Of a stretch of 64,000 nt of DNA, positions 1 through 12,792 are shown one piece after another (the first letter of the stretch is position 1; every line of letters begins with the position of its first letter). This DNA is from Blepharisma stoltei ATCC 30299 (Eukaryota > Protista > Ciliophora). The translations under genes were made by a program, and so were the position numbers. The notes beneath the pieces were generated by a model. The model had not been told where the DNA came from and searched no databases. It saw nothing but the letters and a program-made list of their open reading frames with translations. The stretch is taken from positions 806,807 to 870,806 of the forward strand of contig CBFDEM010000051.1 of NCBI GenBank assembly GCA_965603825.1, in the 5' to 3' direction.

Positions 1-2
1 TT

Positions 3-1181
3 TTGAAAAATCAAAGGTCAAAGTCAATATATGAGTTAAGCCAGCGTGAAGACCAATATTCGAATTATTATACGTATGCCACAAATTCAGATAACCATAA
101 AAGACCAAAACATCATGAAAAAGTGTATAAAATTTCACCTAAAAGGTCGCCAGTTCCAGAGCTAAGAATTCCTTTTCAACTCTCATATCAAAGTGCAGTT
201 GATGAGTATTTTAGTAAAGTTTCAAGCGCAAGAAAAGGAAAATTAGTAGATTTCTCAAGCAAAGATTTTTCCCTTGAAATTTTATTTCTCGGCCACAAAA
301 ACAGTGTGAATTCTATCGCATTAGGAAAAAACAAACTATGAAGCGCGGGACAAGACTACTTAATTTCTAGCTGAAACTTACCTGACAAAACTATATCTGA
401 TCCTTATGCAAATATTTTACACAGCTGACGAGTCGGGTCCACTGTTTCCCCTTTAACTACAACTAAGGCTCACACGAGGAAAATTAACTGTTTAGAAATA
501 ATTGGGAATTCATTTTTAATTTCAGGTGGCAGTGACCAAAAAATCAAAATCTGGAACATTGAAAGAGGGATTTCTTTGGCTTCCTCTATTAAAGCACATG
601 ATGGGAATGTTATTTGTCTTGCGGTTCCTTCTGCGAGGACTTTATTATCAGGTGGAAGTGATGGGTATATAAAAGTGTGGGATTTTGAAAATCGAAAATT
701 AGCAAAATGTTATGAAGCGCATGATAAAAATTTAACCTGCATGTGTCTTCATGATTCTTCTACTTTTATCACAGGCTCAAACGACACAACTTTAAAACTA
801 TGAGACTTGAGAGCTTCAAGATGCCTATCAACTTTCACAGAGCACGATGGAGAAATTAATTGTATTAAATTGATTGATAAACATTCGTTTTTAACAGCTG
901 CAGAAGATAGGACTATCAAGAAATGGGATATAAGGACTTGTGGAGTGCTTGAAAATTTAAAAGTTGACAGTGAAATAAAAAGCATCGAAATAATTAAAGG
1001 AAAATTAGTAACTGGCGGCAATGGCATCATTGTCTGGGACAATGGAAAACAAAATATTACACAGTTTCATAATCAAGGTGTAAAACAAATTAAATATGAT
1101 GAATACAATGACTGCTTATTCAGTGCCAGCAGAGATGGGAGCATCGCATGCATGAAAGTTCTGTTTGGTGAAGAATATTAA
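3..1181 (+). CDS. WD40-repeat protein, 5' end probably outside the window
   Basis: ORFs 3-341, 576-803 and 807-1181 are one frame joined through TGA=Trp (KL-W-SAGQD, TLKL-W-DLR). It has repeated GH/AH...SGGSD..IK.W[DN] motifs and ends in TAA. Confidence 0.88.
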
Positions 1182-1279
1182 AATAATTCCTATAAATAAT
1201 TGTGTCAATTTTTGGAATTTTAATTAAAAATAAATTTATTAAAGAGCTAATAAAATTACGAAAATGGAACAGTAAAAAT

Positions 1280-2401
1280 ATGATTTCAGACAAATGTGAT
1301 ATTGAAGGCTGCAAAAACGATGCAAATTTTATGTGTACTTGTGCCAATCCTGAAACGTTTTTATGCTCAGATCATATTAATAAACATTTGCAAGGCTCTC
1401 CAGGGCCTCATCATGCGATTGAATTTAACACAGAAAAAAGGGTTCGAACCAAATCTGAAAATATTAATTATCTTACAAAGCAAACAGAAAAGCTTAAAAA
1501 GCTCAAAAAAAGCCTCTACAAAGAAATTTCATTAAAAATCATTATGATTGAAAAAAGTCTCCACAGCTGCACCACAAAAATAGATAGAGAAATATTTAGA
1601 ATTAATTTAAAAATAAAAGAGCTGATTGTCTCAGACGACACAAACCTCAATGTTTCGCTAAAGTCAACTGAAAGAAGATGGTCATTTAATGACGAAAAAT
1701 TAGATAAAGAGCCTTTTGAGGTTAATTTACCAAGCAGAAAATCATCAGCTGATTCAAGTTTACTAGAAAGAAGAGGATCTGTTAGCAGCACTATTAATGA
1801 AACTATAGGCGTTATTAATAGTAATGCTCTGCAAGCACTGATGAGAGATATAAATTTGTTTATGAGAAGCGCAGAAAGGATCAAAATACATGATATTAGT
1901 GACTCTCCTAGTAGTTCTCATACTTTTGAAGAAAGTCCGTCACCTAACTTAGAAACTCATAAGAAAAAGAATAAGCTTGATTTAGAGATTTTACAAAATA
2001 AATCAGAATTACCTATAAAAACAGAGGAAAATAATGAGGATAAGCAAAAAATGAGCCAAAATCCTATACTTCTTAAAGAGCCAGAAACTGCTATATATGA
2101 TTATTTAGCTTCCAAAAGCAAGCCACTGAAAAGCTATTATTTTAAAAATCCGTCCCGAACTGATACTATAAACCCACAGACTACTGAAATAAAAATTGAA
2201 ATAAGAGAAAGCTTGGAATGCTGTAATTGTGGAGGGATTTTTGACTCATCAGCTGTAATTGAAAATTTTTGTGGGTGCTTGACATGCACAAAATGCAATA
2301 TTTTAGAAGTCAAAAAATTTGATCATATGCAAGGATACTTCGTCAATGTGGTTTGCAGGGTTTGCAAAAGAATGAGACAAATAACTGGGCATCGCCTTTA
2401 A
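1280..2401 (+). CDS. Zn-finger (CxxxxC..CxC..CxxH..H) coiled-coil protein with C-terminal RING-like finger
   Basis: First in-frame ATG at 1280 (MISDKCDIEGCKNDANFMCTCANPETFLCSDHINKH). C-terminus reads CCNC-x-CGCLTCTKC-x-CRVC. Confidence 0.8.
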   Translation: MISDKCDIEGCKNDANFMCTCANPETFLCSDHINKHLQGSPGPHHAIEFNTEKRVRTKSENINYLTKQTEKLKKLKKSLYKEISLKIIMIEKSLHSCTTKIDREIFRINLKIKELIVSDDTNLNVSLKSTERRWSFNDEKLDKEPFEVNLPSRKSSADSSLLERRGSVSSTINETIGVINSNALQALMRDINLFMRSAERIKIHDISDSPSSSHTFEESPSPNLETHKKKNKLDLEILQNKSELPIKTEENNEDKQKMSQNPILLKEPETAIYDYLASKSKPLKSYYFKNPSRTDTINPQTTEIKIEIRESLECCNCGGIFDSSAVIENFCGCLTCTKCNILEVKKFDHMQGYFVNVVCRVCKRMRQITGHRL

Positions 2402-2585
2402 AATTCTTCTTAATAAGAATGTAAATAAAGAATGGAAATAATCATTATATATTTAGCTGAAATTTTATTAATATTATTGTTTATGATAAAAAACTTAATG
2501 AAGTCTCTACTTATAAATTCTAAATTATTTTAGAAATATTTTTAATCAGATTAGATTAGGCTATTATATACATATTTAAGGTAAA

Positions 2586-3002
2586 ATGAGCTCAATTGAA
2601 AACTTAAAAGCCCAAGATATTCATGATGATCCTTATTTAGAATGCAATGCAAAGATTCTCAATGATGGGCAAAGCACAGAAAGCGAGCATGAAAGCCAAC
2701 CAAAATCTTCCACAATAGATTTAAACGATAATAAAGTTTCTCCTCAAAAAAAGCGAAGCTTTTTTAGTAAAATGTGTGAAAAAGCTATGGGATTTTTCGA
2801 AAAAAATGATCAAAAGTGCTATGAATGTATCATGTGTAAGAAAATGTTTCCTAAAAGTAAAATAATAAAAAATCCCTGTGGGTGTATAAGCTGCAAAACA
2901 TGTGGACTATATGAAAGAGTGGAGTATTGGTGAATGATTGGATGCTGTATTAAGGACAGATGCAGAGTTTGTGGACATGAGATATTTATTAGAGAAAGAT
3001 AA
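2586..3002 (+). CDS. Small RING-like (all-Cys) zinc-finger protein
   Basis: Reading TGA 2931-2933 as Trp completes CIMC..CGCISCKTC..YWWMIGCCIKDRCRVC. Stop TAA at 3000-3002. Confidence 0.78.
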
Positions 3003-3316
3003 AGGCTATTTAATAAACTCTAATATGAATTTGTGAAATCTGTTGTTGAAAAAATGGCTATAGCTTTTATTATATATATACATTATAGTGAAATAGAATT
3101 TGATATATTGATTATAGGAAATAGTTTTTAACTTAAAAGAATTAAAATTCCTACTAATAAAGCTTGATAAATTAATTCACTTATGGAGTAATTTTTTATA
3201 TAAAGATTTGAATATTTTTTAAATTCATTGCTAATATATAAGAATAAAGTAACAATTAAACAGATTATTATTATTAAATTTTTGTTTTTTTGATTTATCT
3301 ATAATATATAATAATT

Positions 3317-4366
3317 ATGGACCAGATGTGCAGCATTGAAAATTGTCCCAAGAAAGCCAACATAAAGTGCCTTTGTGAAAATATCATGTTTTGCGAAACT
3401 CATATAGATGCCCACTTATTATACTCAACAGGTGTACACAATTGTGTAAAACTCTTTAATTTTCCGCTTCAAGCAACTAAAGTTGCCTCGATTTCTCATT
3501 TAAATAATTCAATCGCAAGCCTCAGATCTCTCCGATCAAGACTCACCCAAAAATTGTCCCAAGATATGATTGCTATTCAAAGCTTTCTTGGGAACTATTT
3601 ATCAAAAATAGACTATGAAATCATAAAAACAAAAAAAGAGCTGCTAAAAATCATGAACACTGACCAAATTCCAAGGACCGACGAATTGCACGAAATGGAG
3701 TTTTTACTATTGCCGTCTGATGAAGCCATTGATTATTTAAACTCAAAAAATGCAGGATCTATAAAATCAATGTCACATACAGAAATCCTAGAAAAAATAT
3801 ACAAAATCCAGAAAAATTTTGAGTGGAGAGAAACCTCCGAAATGAAGCTTTTAGCTGAAAAAAACAAAAATTTAAAAAAAGAAAACAAAGAACTCAACGT
3901 AAAAAACCAAGAATTAATCCAAAAAATTAGAAGGTTAAAACAAGAGCACGAGTCTTTTCAAGAGGAGTCAAGCTTGCAGTTTTTAGTATTTGAAGATGAA
4001 AAAGAAAATACAAGATGCCAATTAAATACAAAAATTGAGCAGCTGAAAGCAGAAAACTGCAAGCTGAGTATTGAGTATAACAATATAAACGCATCATACA
4101 AAATTTTGTATGGTAAGTATGGAAAATCAATGAAAAAGTCTCACTCTTTGGTAAAGCCTGGGAATATGAAGCATATATATCAATGCTGTATTTGCCAAGT
4201 TATTGTAAATGATGATTTAGCTTTAAAGAAAAATGAATGCGGATGCATTTCATGCCAAAACTGCATGCTTCCTGAGTATGAAGAAATATTTTCGATTTTT
4301 AAAAAGAAAAAATCATGCAGAAAATGCGGAAAAGTTAAATCAGGAAATGAATGGGTAACTGCATAA
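3317..4366 (+). CDS. Zn-finger coiled-coil RING-like protein (same family)
   Basis: N-terminal CSIENC..CLC..FCETH..H, central heptad region, C-terminal CCIC..CGCISCQNC..CRKC. Confidence 0.85.
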   Translation: MDQMCSIENCPKKANIKCLCENIMFCETHIDAHLLYSTGVHNCVKLFNFPLQATKVASISHLNNSIASLRSLRSRLTQKLSQDMIAIQSFLGNYLSKIDYEIIKTKKELLKIMNTDQIPRTDELHEMEFLLLPSDEAIDYLNSKNAGSIKSMSHTEILEKIYKIQKNFEWRETSEMKLLAEKNKNLKKENKELNVKNQELIQKIRRLKQEHESFQEESSLQFLVFEDEKENTRCQLNTKIEQLKAENCKLSIEYNNINASYKILYGKYGKSMKKSHSLVKPGNMKHIYQCCICQVIVNDDLALKKNECGCISCQNCMLPEYEEIFSIFKKKKSCRKCGKVKSGNEWVTA

Positions 4367-4405
4367 TTTTATAAAAATTCGTCTGAAATTAGGTAATTAA
4401 TAAAA

Positions 4406-5065
4406 ATGAGTCTAAAATTTGCTGAAGCATGTGCTGAGGCAAAAAAATTGACTCTCACACAAGATATACAGCTACTTATTTATGGGCTTTATAAGCAAGC
4501 TACAGCTGGAGACTGCAATATTCCTCCACCCTCATCCATGATTGACTCAATGAAATATCAATCCTGGATTATGCATCTTGGAAAATCAAAAGAGCAAGCT
4601 GAAGCTGAGTATATATCTATTATACAAGCATCAAAAAGTCAGGAAAACTGGGGAAATAAAGTCAGCAAATTTCAGCTAGAAGAGGAAGAAGAAGAAGCTC
4701 CTAGGGATGAGCATCAAGAAAAAGTCCATAAATTGTGTGAAGCCGTCAAAAATGGAGAGCTTGATATAGAGCTACTCGAAGAACTTGGGGTGAACGTAAA
4801 AGATTCTGAAGGTTTAGCACCGCTCCATCACGCTGCCGATGCAGAAAACTCAGAAATTGTGTCCCAACTTTTAAAACTTGGGGCTGATGTAAATTTACAA
4901 GATAATTTAGGGATGACACCTCTTCATTATGCTGCTGAGCTGAATAATCCTGAAATTTTTACACTGCTAATTTCAATGCCTGGAATAGATTTAAGTTTAC
5001 AAGATTCAGATGGAAATACCGTAAGAGAAATCGCCCAAAGCCCATGCTGTGATTTATTACCTTAA
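4406..5065 (+). CDS. Acyl-CoA-binding domain + ankyrin repeat protein (ACBD6-like)
   Basis: ACBP motif LLIYGLYKQATAGDCN..P...KYQSW...GKSKEQA..EYI, followed by ankyrin repeats GLAPLHHAA and GMTPLHYAA. Confidence 0.92.
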   Translation: MSLKFAEACAEAKKLTLTQDIQLLIYGLYKQATAGDCNIPPPSSMIDSMKYQSWIMHLGKSKEQAEAEYISIIQASKSQENWGNKVSKFQLEEEEEEAPRDEHQEKVHKLCEAVKNGELDIELLEELGVNVKDSEGLAPLHHAADAENSEIVSQLLKLGADVNLQDNLGMTPLHYAAELNNPEIFTLLISMPGIDLSLQDSDGNTVREIAQSPCCDLLP

Positions 5066-5228
5066 TATAAAACATTTTCAATAAATTTTTTTAATATTTT
5101 AGAATTCAAAAATTCCGGTAATAAAATATAGAAGATGGTGAAAATAATAAACAATTGTTAAAAATTTAAACCAAATTTATTTTTGGATGGATTTCAGAGA
5201 GTTTTCAATTAAAATCAATAAAATTAAT

Positions 5229-6104
5229 ATGGACTCTATTATATGCAAGGTTAAAGATTGTTTCGAAATTGCAATAGAGATATGCTTTTGTCGAAAACAT
5301 AAATTTTGCGAATATCATTTAATGGATCATGCAGTTAGAGAACGAAATGGGCAGTTTTTTGATGATTTTAGCCTTAGTACTGATAGGATAGCGCTTCAAT
5401 TTGTTCAAGATCAAATCAACCTTATCGAAAAAGAAAAGAAGCTGCTTACTGAAGAAGCTTGAAATCTAACAATTAATATTCAAGAGGAATTACAAGAAAG
5501 ACTTAAAAAATTAGATGAAGGGCTTGAAAAATATAGAGAGGAATTAAAAAAGATTATAAATGATGCCAAGAGTCATGGATATAATGACTTTAAACACTCA
5601 AAAATGGTATGTGACAATGGGATAAATAAGATTCGCAAAAATAATCCCGCTGAAAATCAAAAAAAAACATTCCCAGAAAACCATTTTCATGTACAAAAAA
5701 TAAGCAATAAGTTTTGTCGTCAAAAGAGCACCAGAGAAAGTTTTGCGGTGATTGTAAACCAATCGCTTGAGTTAGAAAGTGAAAGGTTAAAAAATTTTGT
5801 GATTATATCCTTGTATAAAAGATGCCTTGAATTGGAGCAGAATATTTATGAGCTGGAGGTTGTAAAAACTCCTTTGACTGCAGCCACTACACGAGAATCC
5901 AGTGAGCTTGACCCAGATAGTCAGGTAACCTTTGAAATTATTAATGCTGAATCCAAAATAATTGAGCAAAAAGAGATTACACCTTCAGAAAAAGTTTGTA
6001 CATGTATTTATTGCTTGACTTTATCTGAATTTGAAATTAAAAGCCAAGAATTTGGATCTGATAAATACACGCATTGTCTTTTGAACCAAAATCCTAATTT
6101 GTAG
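5229..6104 (+). CDS. Zn-finger coiled-coil family member (divergent)
   Basis: ORFs 5187-5462 and 5604-6104 join in frame through TGA 5460-5462. N-terminal CKVKDC..CFC..FCEYH..H. Alternative start ATG at 5187. Confidence 0.72.
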
Positions 6105-6820
6105 CTTAAAAAGTTGCCATGTTTGGCTTATTCGTAGTAGCGAATAATATTTAATTAAAATTAACCTGAAAACTATAAGATTAGTGTAATTTTGACAAAT
6201 AAAACATTAGAAATTGTCCAGCCTTAAAAATCAGGAAGATTAAAATATTCGAGACAATCAAAATGATACTTTTTTGGCTATGCAAATAACCTTAATCTTT
6301 CTAAACAAGTATTTAAAATAAAAATTTGTGTAATAAAATTAGAGTTTTTTCAATGAAAATTTGGAATAAAGTTAGAGTTTTTCCATGTCGAGTGCAAAAC
6401 AATTGAGTTATGAGTGTTTTAAATAAAAGATTGAAGAAAGTATGAACAGATTGCGTATAAAGGATTCAATTGATAAACAATTTAATTAAAACCTTTATTA
6501 TTCAAAATAAGTGAATCTCTAGCATTTATGAGAGTTGCAGAAGGCTATGAGAAGAATTTAAAATTCGCTAATTTTCTTAATAAAAGAATATAGATGTATT
6601 TTATCGAGCTTGGCTAAAATACTCAAATTTATTAGCTAAATTCAGTGACAATTATACATATCCATTATTATTAATATATCATCCTTGAAAACAAAAAGCC
6701 CAAGATTTTCATAATTTAATTAATGTTCTTTATGTCTACTAAATCGCACAATAAATCGATAAGCATGACCAATTTGCACCCTTTTCTGTTGTTATCTTAA
6801 ATATTGTAAATAAATTAAAA

Positions 6821-7879
6821 ATGAGAATGCTCATATGCAGCCAAGAAGGATGCAAGATGAAAGCAACAGCTAGATGCCGCTGCAAAGATCCAGAGCTATT
6901 GTTTTGTGCTGACCATTTAGGCAATCATTTAATTAACTCTCCAGGTAAGCATGACTATGAAAAATTGTTTGATGATCCCTACCTCCAAACAAAAAATGAT
7001 GTCTTAAGTTATATACAAAACGAACTCCAAAGCTTGGAAAATTTAAAGATAAATATAACAAAAGAAGTTTATACTGAGATGTGCAAGATAAAAAGTAGCT
7101 TAGATGTCTATATTGGAAAAATAGATGAAAAAATTGTTTCATTTTGACGTAATCTGGATGAAATTATGTGAGCATTAGAAAATAGTAATGACAGCACAAA
7201 TCTAGAGTATTTAAAGCTGCCTTCCTCAGAAGCTATTGCTTACTTCAAAGAAAATAATAAAAATTTGATTGAGGATTCTACTAGCGAATCAATAATTTCC
7301 GAGATCTTTAAAAATTTAGGATGGTTCAGACTGTCAGAGTTTCAAGAAATGTCAAGCAAGATTAAAGATTTAGACGAAGAATTGCTTAGTGTAAAACAGT
7401 CGTGTGACGAAAAAATAAACCAAAATGAATATGAGCACACAAAAATAATAGAATCATATGAGATGACTAATACAAATTTGAAAAAGATTTATGATGAGTT
7501 GTATAAAGAAAAGAGAGAACTTGAGCTAAGATATAATCAACTTATAGAAGATCATCAGAATTGCCAATCTCAGCCTAAAAGATCTTCAATTCCTGAGCCA
7601 GTAAGATTAATCCCAAGCATACCTGGTATACCTCAGATAAATTTTTTTAAGCAAAGCAGTATTGAGTCTTCTAAAGTTTCTACTGTTGATGGGCGGGGAT
7701 ATACTTGCTCTTTATGCATGGGAAAGTTTCGCGCTAATGAAATTCATAAAAATGATTGCGGGTGTCTTAATTGTGGGAATTGTCCATTTCCAGATTTCGA
7801 AAAAATTAAGGGTATGCATAATAGAAGATGCCGCGTATGCAATAAGAAAAAAGTTCTTTTTACTGGATCATGGACATAA
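6821..7879 (+). CDS. Zn-finger coiled-coil RING-like protein
   Basis: ORFs 6821-7147 and 7265-7879 join through two TGA=Trp codons. Motifs CSQEGC..CRC..FCADH..H..GKH and CSLC..CGCLNCGNC..CRVC. Confidence 0.87.
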
Positions 7880-8089
7880 TTAAAAGCGTTAGGATTAAAT
7901 TATTACACAAAATGATAACTATACATGCAGAATAATCTTAATTATCTAAAGAAATTAAAGAAAAGTGCAGTCAAAGAGATAAGTTCTAGAATATGCATGC
8001 AAAATAATTTTTTACTATGATGAAAGTGAACATTCTGCATAAGAAGCTATTTATATCAACTTTTTAATAAAAATAATAATTAAATAATT

Positions 8090-8270
8090 TTTTTTAAGAT
8101 AAAGCTAGAAAATTGCATAGGCAGGACCAAGAATTTGCAAGATTTAAACTTGATATTAGTGAAATTGCACAAACTTTTGAAACTAATACCATAAATACTA
8201 TCTTAGAGTATTTAAAGCTACCTTTTTCAGAGGCTAATGGTATATTAAAATAAAACAGCAAAAATCTTTT
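8090..8270 (+). pseudogene. Degenerate fragment of the Zn-finger coiled-coil family
   Basis: TTAGAGTATTTAAAGCTACCTTTTTCAGAGGCT closely matches CTAGAGTATTTAAAGCTGCCTTCCTCAGAAGCT at ~7202. No long ORF. Confidence 0.55.
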
Positions 8271-8740
8271 ATTATTTGGTCAAAATATATAAACACACTC
8301 TTATGGAGGATTTTCGCTCTGGCCATTTTATTTATATTTTAAAATCAATTAAATGGCATCTGCCATATTAAATTTATAAGTATAACAAAAATTTAAACCC
8401 GTGAAGCCTAAAATTCTCAGCAACAATTTTATCATATTTTTCCAAAGCAATAGAAATATCAGTATACATAGTTTTAAATGACATAAAAGAATCAAATTTC
8501 AATAAATAAACCAAATTAATAATAAATTATCAAACAATAATGATTAGTTAGGCAAATTTCTCTTTAAATTAGTGAGTTATTTTAGCACAAGAAAAATTTA
8601 AATTATCCTCTTTATAAAAAATGTTATATAGATTAATTCTTTATAATTATGAAATAATTCAACACAGTAAGGCTAAATTTATACTAAAATAAGAGTTTTC
8701 TTTCTGTTGTAATCTGATAATATGCAATAAACTAAGAAAT

Positions 8741-9814
8741 ATGAGAACGCTCATATGCACTTTTGGAGGATGCCAAGCAAAAGCTATAGCTAAATGCTCT
8801 TGTAAAAATCCAGAATTGCTGCTCTGTGCTGGACACCTAGGAGTTCATGTAATCTCACCAGGTAAGCATAGCTTTGAAAATTTGCCTGATGATCCTTATC
8901 TCCAAACAAAAAATGATGTTTTGCTTTACATGCAAAATGAAATCCAAAAGTTGGAGGATTTAAAAAGAAATTTATCATTGGAGGCATATTCTGCAATTAT
9001 AAAATTGAAAAGTAACTTAGAAAATTATAATGATAAGATAGATCTAGAGATTAGAAGAATTGTAGAGAATATGAGCGAAATAATGAATACATTAGAAAGC
9101 AGCAATAAAAATCCAAGCTTAGACTATTTAAAGCTGTCTTCATCTGAAGCTATTGATTATATCCAAAAAAACAATCAAATCTCAATTTTACATACTCCAT
9201 ATGAAACAATAATTCCAGAAATCTATAAAAATCTTGGCTGGGAAAAAATCTCAGAAATACAAGAAATTTCCAAAAAAAATAAAGACCTCGAAATTGAGTT
9301 GCTTGAAGTGAAAACAAGTATGAATCAATTATTCCAAAAAAATATAAAAGAAACTGAAGAATTGAAGCAGTCATATGAAGCACTTAAAGCAAGAGAAATT
9401 GAGCTTATAAGAACAATAGAAATAACTGAACAAAAATATATAAAAGAAAATGAAGAATTGAAGCAGTCATATGAAGCACTTAAAACAAGAGAAATTGAGC
9501 TAATAAAAAAAATAGAGATAACTGAACAAAAAAATATGAAAGAAAATGAAGAATTGAAACAGTCATATGAAGCACTTAAAGCAAAAGAGATTGAGCTAAT
9601 AAAAAACATAGAGGTGACTGAGCAGAGCAACAAATATTTAAAAGATGCTTATAATGAAATATATAAAAAATGCCAAGACCTTGAATCAAGAAATAGTAAG
9701 CCTGATGATGCTCAACTTCAGAGAGCGGCTACAATGCCTGCTCCGGCTCAAAAGGCTTCTTCAAGCTCCTTCTTTGGAAAAACAATTTCAAATAGCGTTC
9801 GTAGAAGGCAGTAA
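8741..9814 (+). CDS. Zn-finger coiled-coil protein with three 32-aa repeats
   Basis: N-terminus is paralogous to the 6821 gene. Repeat unit ENEELKQSYEALKxREIELIxxIEITEQKxxK. Confidence 0.87.
   Translation: MRTLICTFGGCQAKAIAKCSCKNPELLLCAGHLGVHVISPGKHSFENLPDDPYLQTKNDVLLYMQNEIQKLEDLKRNLSLEAYSAIIKLKSNLENYNDKIDLEIRRIVENMSEIMNTLESSNKNPSLDYLKLSSSEAIDYIQKNNQISILHTPYETIIPEIYKNLGWEKISEIQEISKKNKDLEIELLEVKTSMNQLFQKNIKETEELKQSYEALKAREIELIRTIEITEQKYIKENEELKQSYEALKTREIELIKKIEITEQKNMKENEELKQSYEALKAKEIELIKNIEVTEQSNKYLKDAYNEIYKKCQDLESRNSKPDDAQLQRAATMPAPAQKASSSSFFGKTISNSVRRRQ
9341..9628 (+). repeat. Coding tandem repeat, 96-nt unit x3
   Basis: ATTGAA[G/A]CAGTCATATGAAGCACTTAAA recurs at 9361, 9457 and 9553 (period 96). 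Two units recur at ~10962-11153. Confidence 0.9.
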
Positions 9815-10315
9815 TAAGGGCGTTCTATGAAGATACTAAATAAATAAAGGTTCTATATGGTAAATGATTATTTTGGCTAAATAATATATGATTTTATAGG
9901 CAAATTAAATGTAATTCAGCCTAAATTAAGAGTAAAAAGCTATAATTTTATTGTTTAACTTTCAAACTTTTATAATTTATATATGTCCATATATGGCTCT
10001 TTAGGATACACTACCTTACTATTGCTACCAATAGTTATTTACTTTCCAAATAGAATGAGATTGAGTGATTTTTAAGACTTATAAACTTTGATTTGACTCA
10101 AAAAAGAGGAATTGTCAAGAATGGTCGGTGAGGAAAATGCAAAATAAATATAAAATTCTTAATTGATAATCAAGACATATTTTAAGAAGTAATAAGAATA
10201 AAAAATAATTCTTTTGTTTCTATAAACAGATCAAGGATTGCATCAGCTACACTAATTTCGTGTATCTTAAACATTAAGGCAGCTATTACGACTAAATCTG
10301 TAGAAAAAAGTAAAT

Positions 10316-11343
10316 ATGACTAACAGTAAATTTAGTTTCGAAGGTACCAGAAAAATGCTATCACAAGCTGTAGCTGCAAAAAACAGTTTTTTGTGCTAAC
10401 TATTTAAAGGTTTTTGAAGATATTCTGGTTCCTTGAAAAATGATTTATTGCTAATAAACTTTTATAGATAATTTTGGGTTTGTGTACACTTCACCCTTTT
10501 GACAAATTGATTCGTGGAAATAACATTTCAGCAATGGATGATTTTTTGCTTTACATGCAAAATGAAATACAAAATCTGCGGCATTTAAAAGAAAATTTGA
10601 TAAAAGAGGTGTATGCTGAGATGTGTAGGCTAGAAAATAGCTTAGCAACTTATGTTGACAAGATTGATGAAGAAATTGCTAAATTTTCATCAAAAATAAA
10701 TGAAGCAATGGAAGCTCTTGAAAATAATGAAGAGAGCATAAATTCAGATTATTCGATGCTTTCGACTAATGATCTTGAATTTATCAGAGCAAGCCAAATA
10801 ACCCTAAACTCGAAAACTCCTTATAAAACAATAATTTCTGAAGTTTATAGAAATATTGGCTGGGTAAAACTTTCAGAATTCCAAGAAATTTTCAAAGAAA
10901 AATTAATCTTAGAGGTCAAATTACTTGACATAAATACTATTATGAGCCAGTATACCCCAAAAAATATAAAAGAAAATGAAGAATTGAAGCAGTCATATGA
11001 AGCACTTAAAACAAGAGAAATTGAGCTAATAAAAAATATAGAAATAACTGAACAAAAATATATAAAAGAAAATGAAGAATTGAAACAGTCATATGAAGCA
11101 CTTAAAGCAAAAGAGATTGAGTTAATAAAAAACATAGAGGTGACTGAGCAGAGCAACAAATATTTAAAAGATGCTTATGATGAATTATATAAAAAATACC
11201 AAGATCTTGAATCAAGAAATAGTAAGCCTGATGATGCTCAACTTCAGAGAGCGGCTCCAATCCCATTTTTGGCTCAAAGGGCTTCAACTTCAAGCCTCTT
11301 CTTTGGAAGGACAGTTTCAAATAGCTTTCGTAGAAGGCAGTAA
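10316..11343 (+). pseudogene. Paralog of the 8741 gene with frameshifted N-terminal Zn finger; ORF intact from ATG 10534
   Basis: 10316-10410 encodes a family-like N-terminus (MTNSKFSFEG / QKNAITSCSCKKQFF) split across frames. The 3' half is nearly identical to 9340-9814. Confidence 0.65.
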
Positions 11344-11790
11344 TGAGGCAAAAAAATTAATCTTAAATATGAATACTGGATTAAACTTCGTAAAGATATT
11401 AATTAAATTTTCTATAATTAATAAATAAAATTAGGCTTTTAATATTTGGAAGTTTGAGTGTTTTAAAATATGAGCATAAGATTAACGTGCTTACTTGCCA
11501 TAGGAGAAAAGTAATTATAGAGTATAATTAAAAAAATTTGTTAAAAATTATTCAAATAATCTAGATTCAGCGCTTTAGACTTCAACTCTTACTTAAATAT
11601 TCAAAGAGCATAAGAGTCTATAAGTCTTCTGCTGCTTATTTATCTTATAACCTTAAGCATTAAACATTGCGCAATTTTAATTATAGCAAATTAATGAGAA
11701 ATTAAAGATAAATTTCAATTTTACCTGATTTGTAATACAATTATTGAGAATAAATATAAATAGGCATGACATACATTTAAATATGCAAAA

Positions 11791-12792
11791 ATGCAAAAAA
11801 TGTGGAAAGAATTATCACTAAAGCAAAATCCCCATAAAAATTATCCTCCTAATTCTGAAAATAGGAGAGAATTCTTATATCAAGAAACCCATCCCAACTT
11901 TAACTCATACCAGACATATAGAGAAGAAGCCAGATACCCCCGTATTCAAACATATAAGCAAGATCCAGCAACATTTATGCCAGATTTGCCACAAAAAGAG
12001 TCCCAGATTAGTGTGGTAAAATGCAGCTCTAATTGATGTAATAAAAACGCAACAGCCTGATGCCGCTGTAAAAATCAATACTTGCATTTCTGTGCTGAGG
12101 ATTTAGAAAACCACATTATAAATTCTCCTGGAAATCATAACTTTCAAAAATTACTTGATGGCTCAAATATACAAACCAATAGTGATTTTTTGCTTTATAT
12201 GCAATATAAAATGCAACTCCTGAGAGATTTAAAGGAAAAATTAGTGAATAAAATCTATGCTGAGATATGCAAATTAGAAAATAGCTTAATGACTTTTATT
12301 GAAAAAATTGACCAAGAAATTGCTTCATTTGCATTAAAATTTAGTCAAACTACTCAAGAGCTTGAAAGCTGCTACTGGTACAAAAATGACGATTATTTTA
12401 ATCAGCTACCAGATGAAGTATTTGAATTTATCAAAGAAAATCAGAAAACGTCTATTTCTGAAGCTTCATGTGAAACAATAATATCAGAAATTTATAAAGA
12501 GCTAGGTTGGGTTAAAAATGCAGGATTTCAAGAGATATCCAGCAAAAATGAATATGAAATGACTAATCCAAGGTTCCAACCTGATTTAAAGACCTCAAAC
12601 AGTTTAAATTTGAGGCAGCAATATCAACAGCCATACGCATTTCCTCAATATAATCAAATAATCACACCTCAACAGTATCAACAGCCATTCAAGCCTTATG
12701 AGGATCGACAGCCACGCATAAATCCTTATGATAATACAAAAACATATTCTTCGATTCGTGAAACTGCAACATTCAAATCAGAATGAATATAA
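11791..12792 (+). CDS. Zn-finger coiled-coil protein with N-terminal extension and Q/P/Y-rich tail
   Basis: ORFs 11791-12036 and 12082-12786 join through TGA (CSSN-W-CNKNATA-W-CRCKNQYLHFC). Stop TAA at 12790-12792. Confidence 0.8.

Noticed and set aside
9341-9628. Regular repeats as a CRISPR array (also 57145-58196)
   Set aside because: The 96-nt units are contiguous in-frame coding repeats with no unique spacers. The subtelomeric palindromes are degenerate and irregular. No cas genes, and the context is eukaryotic.
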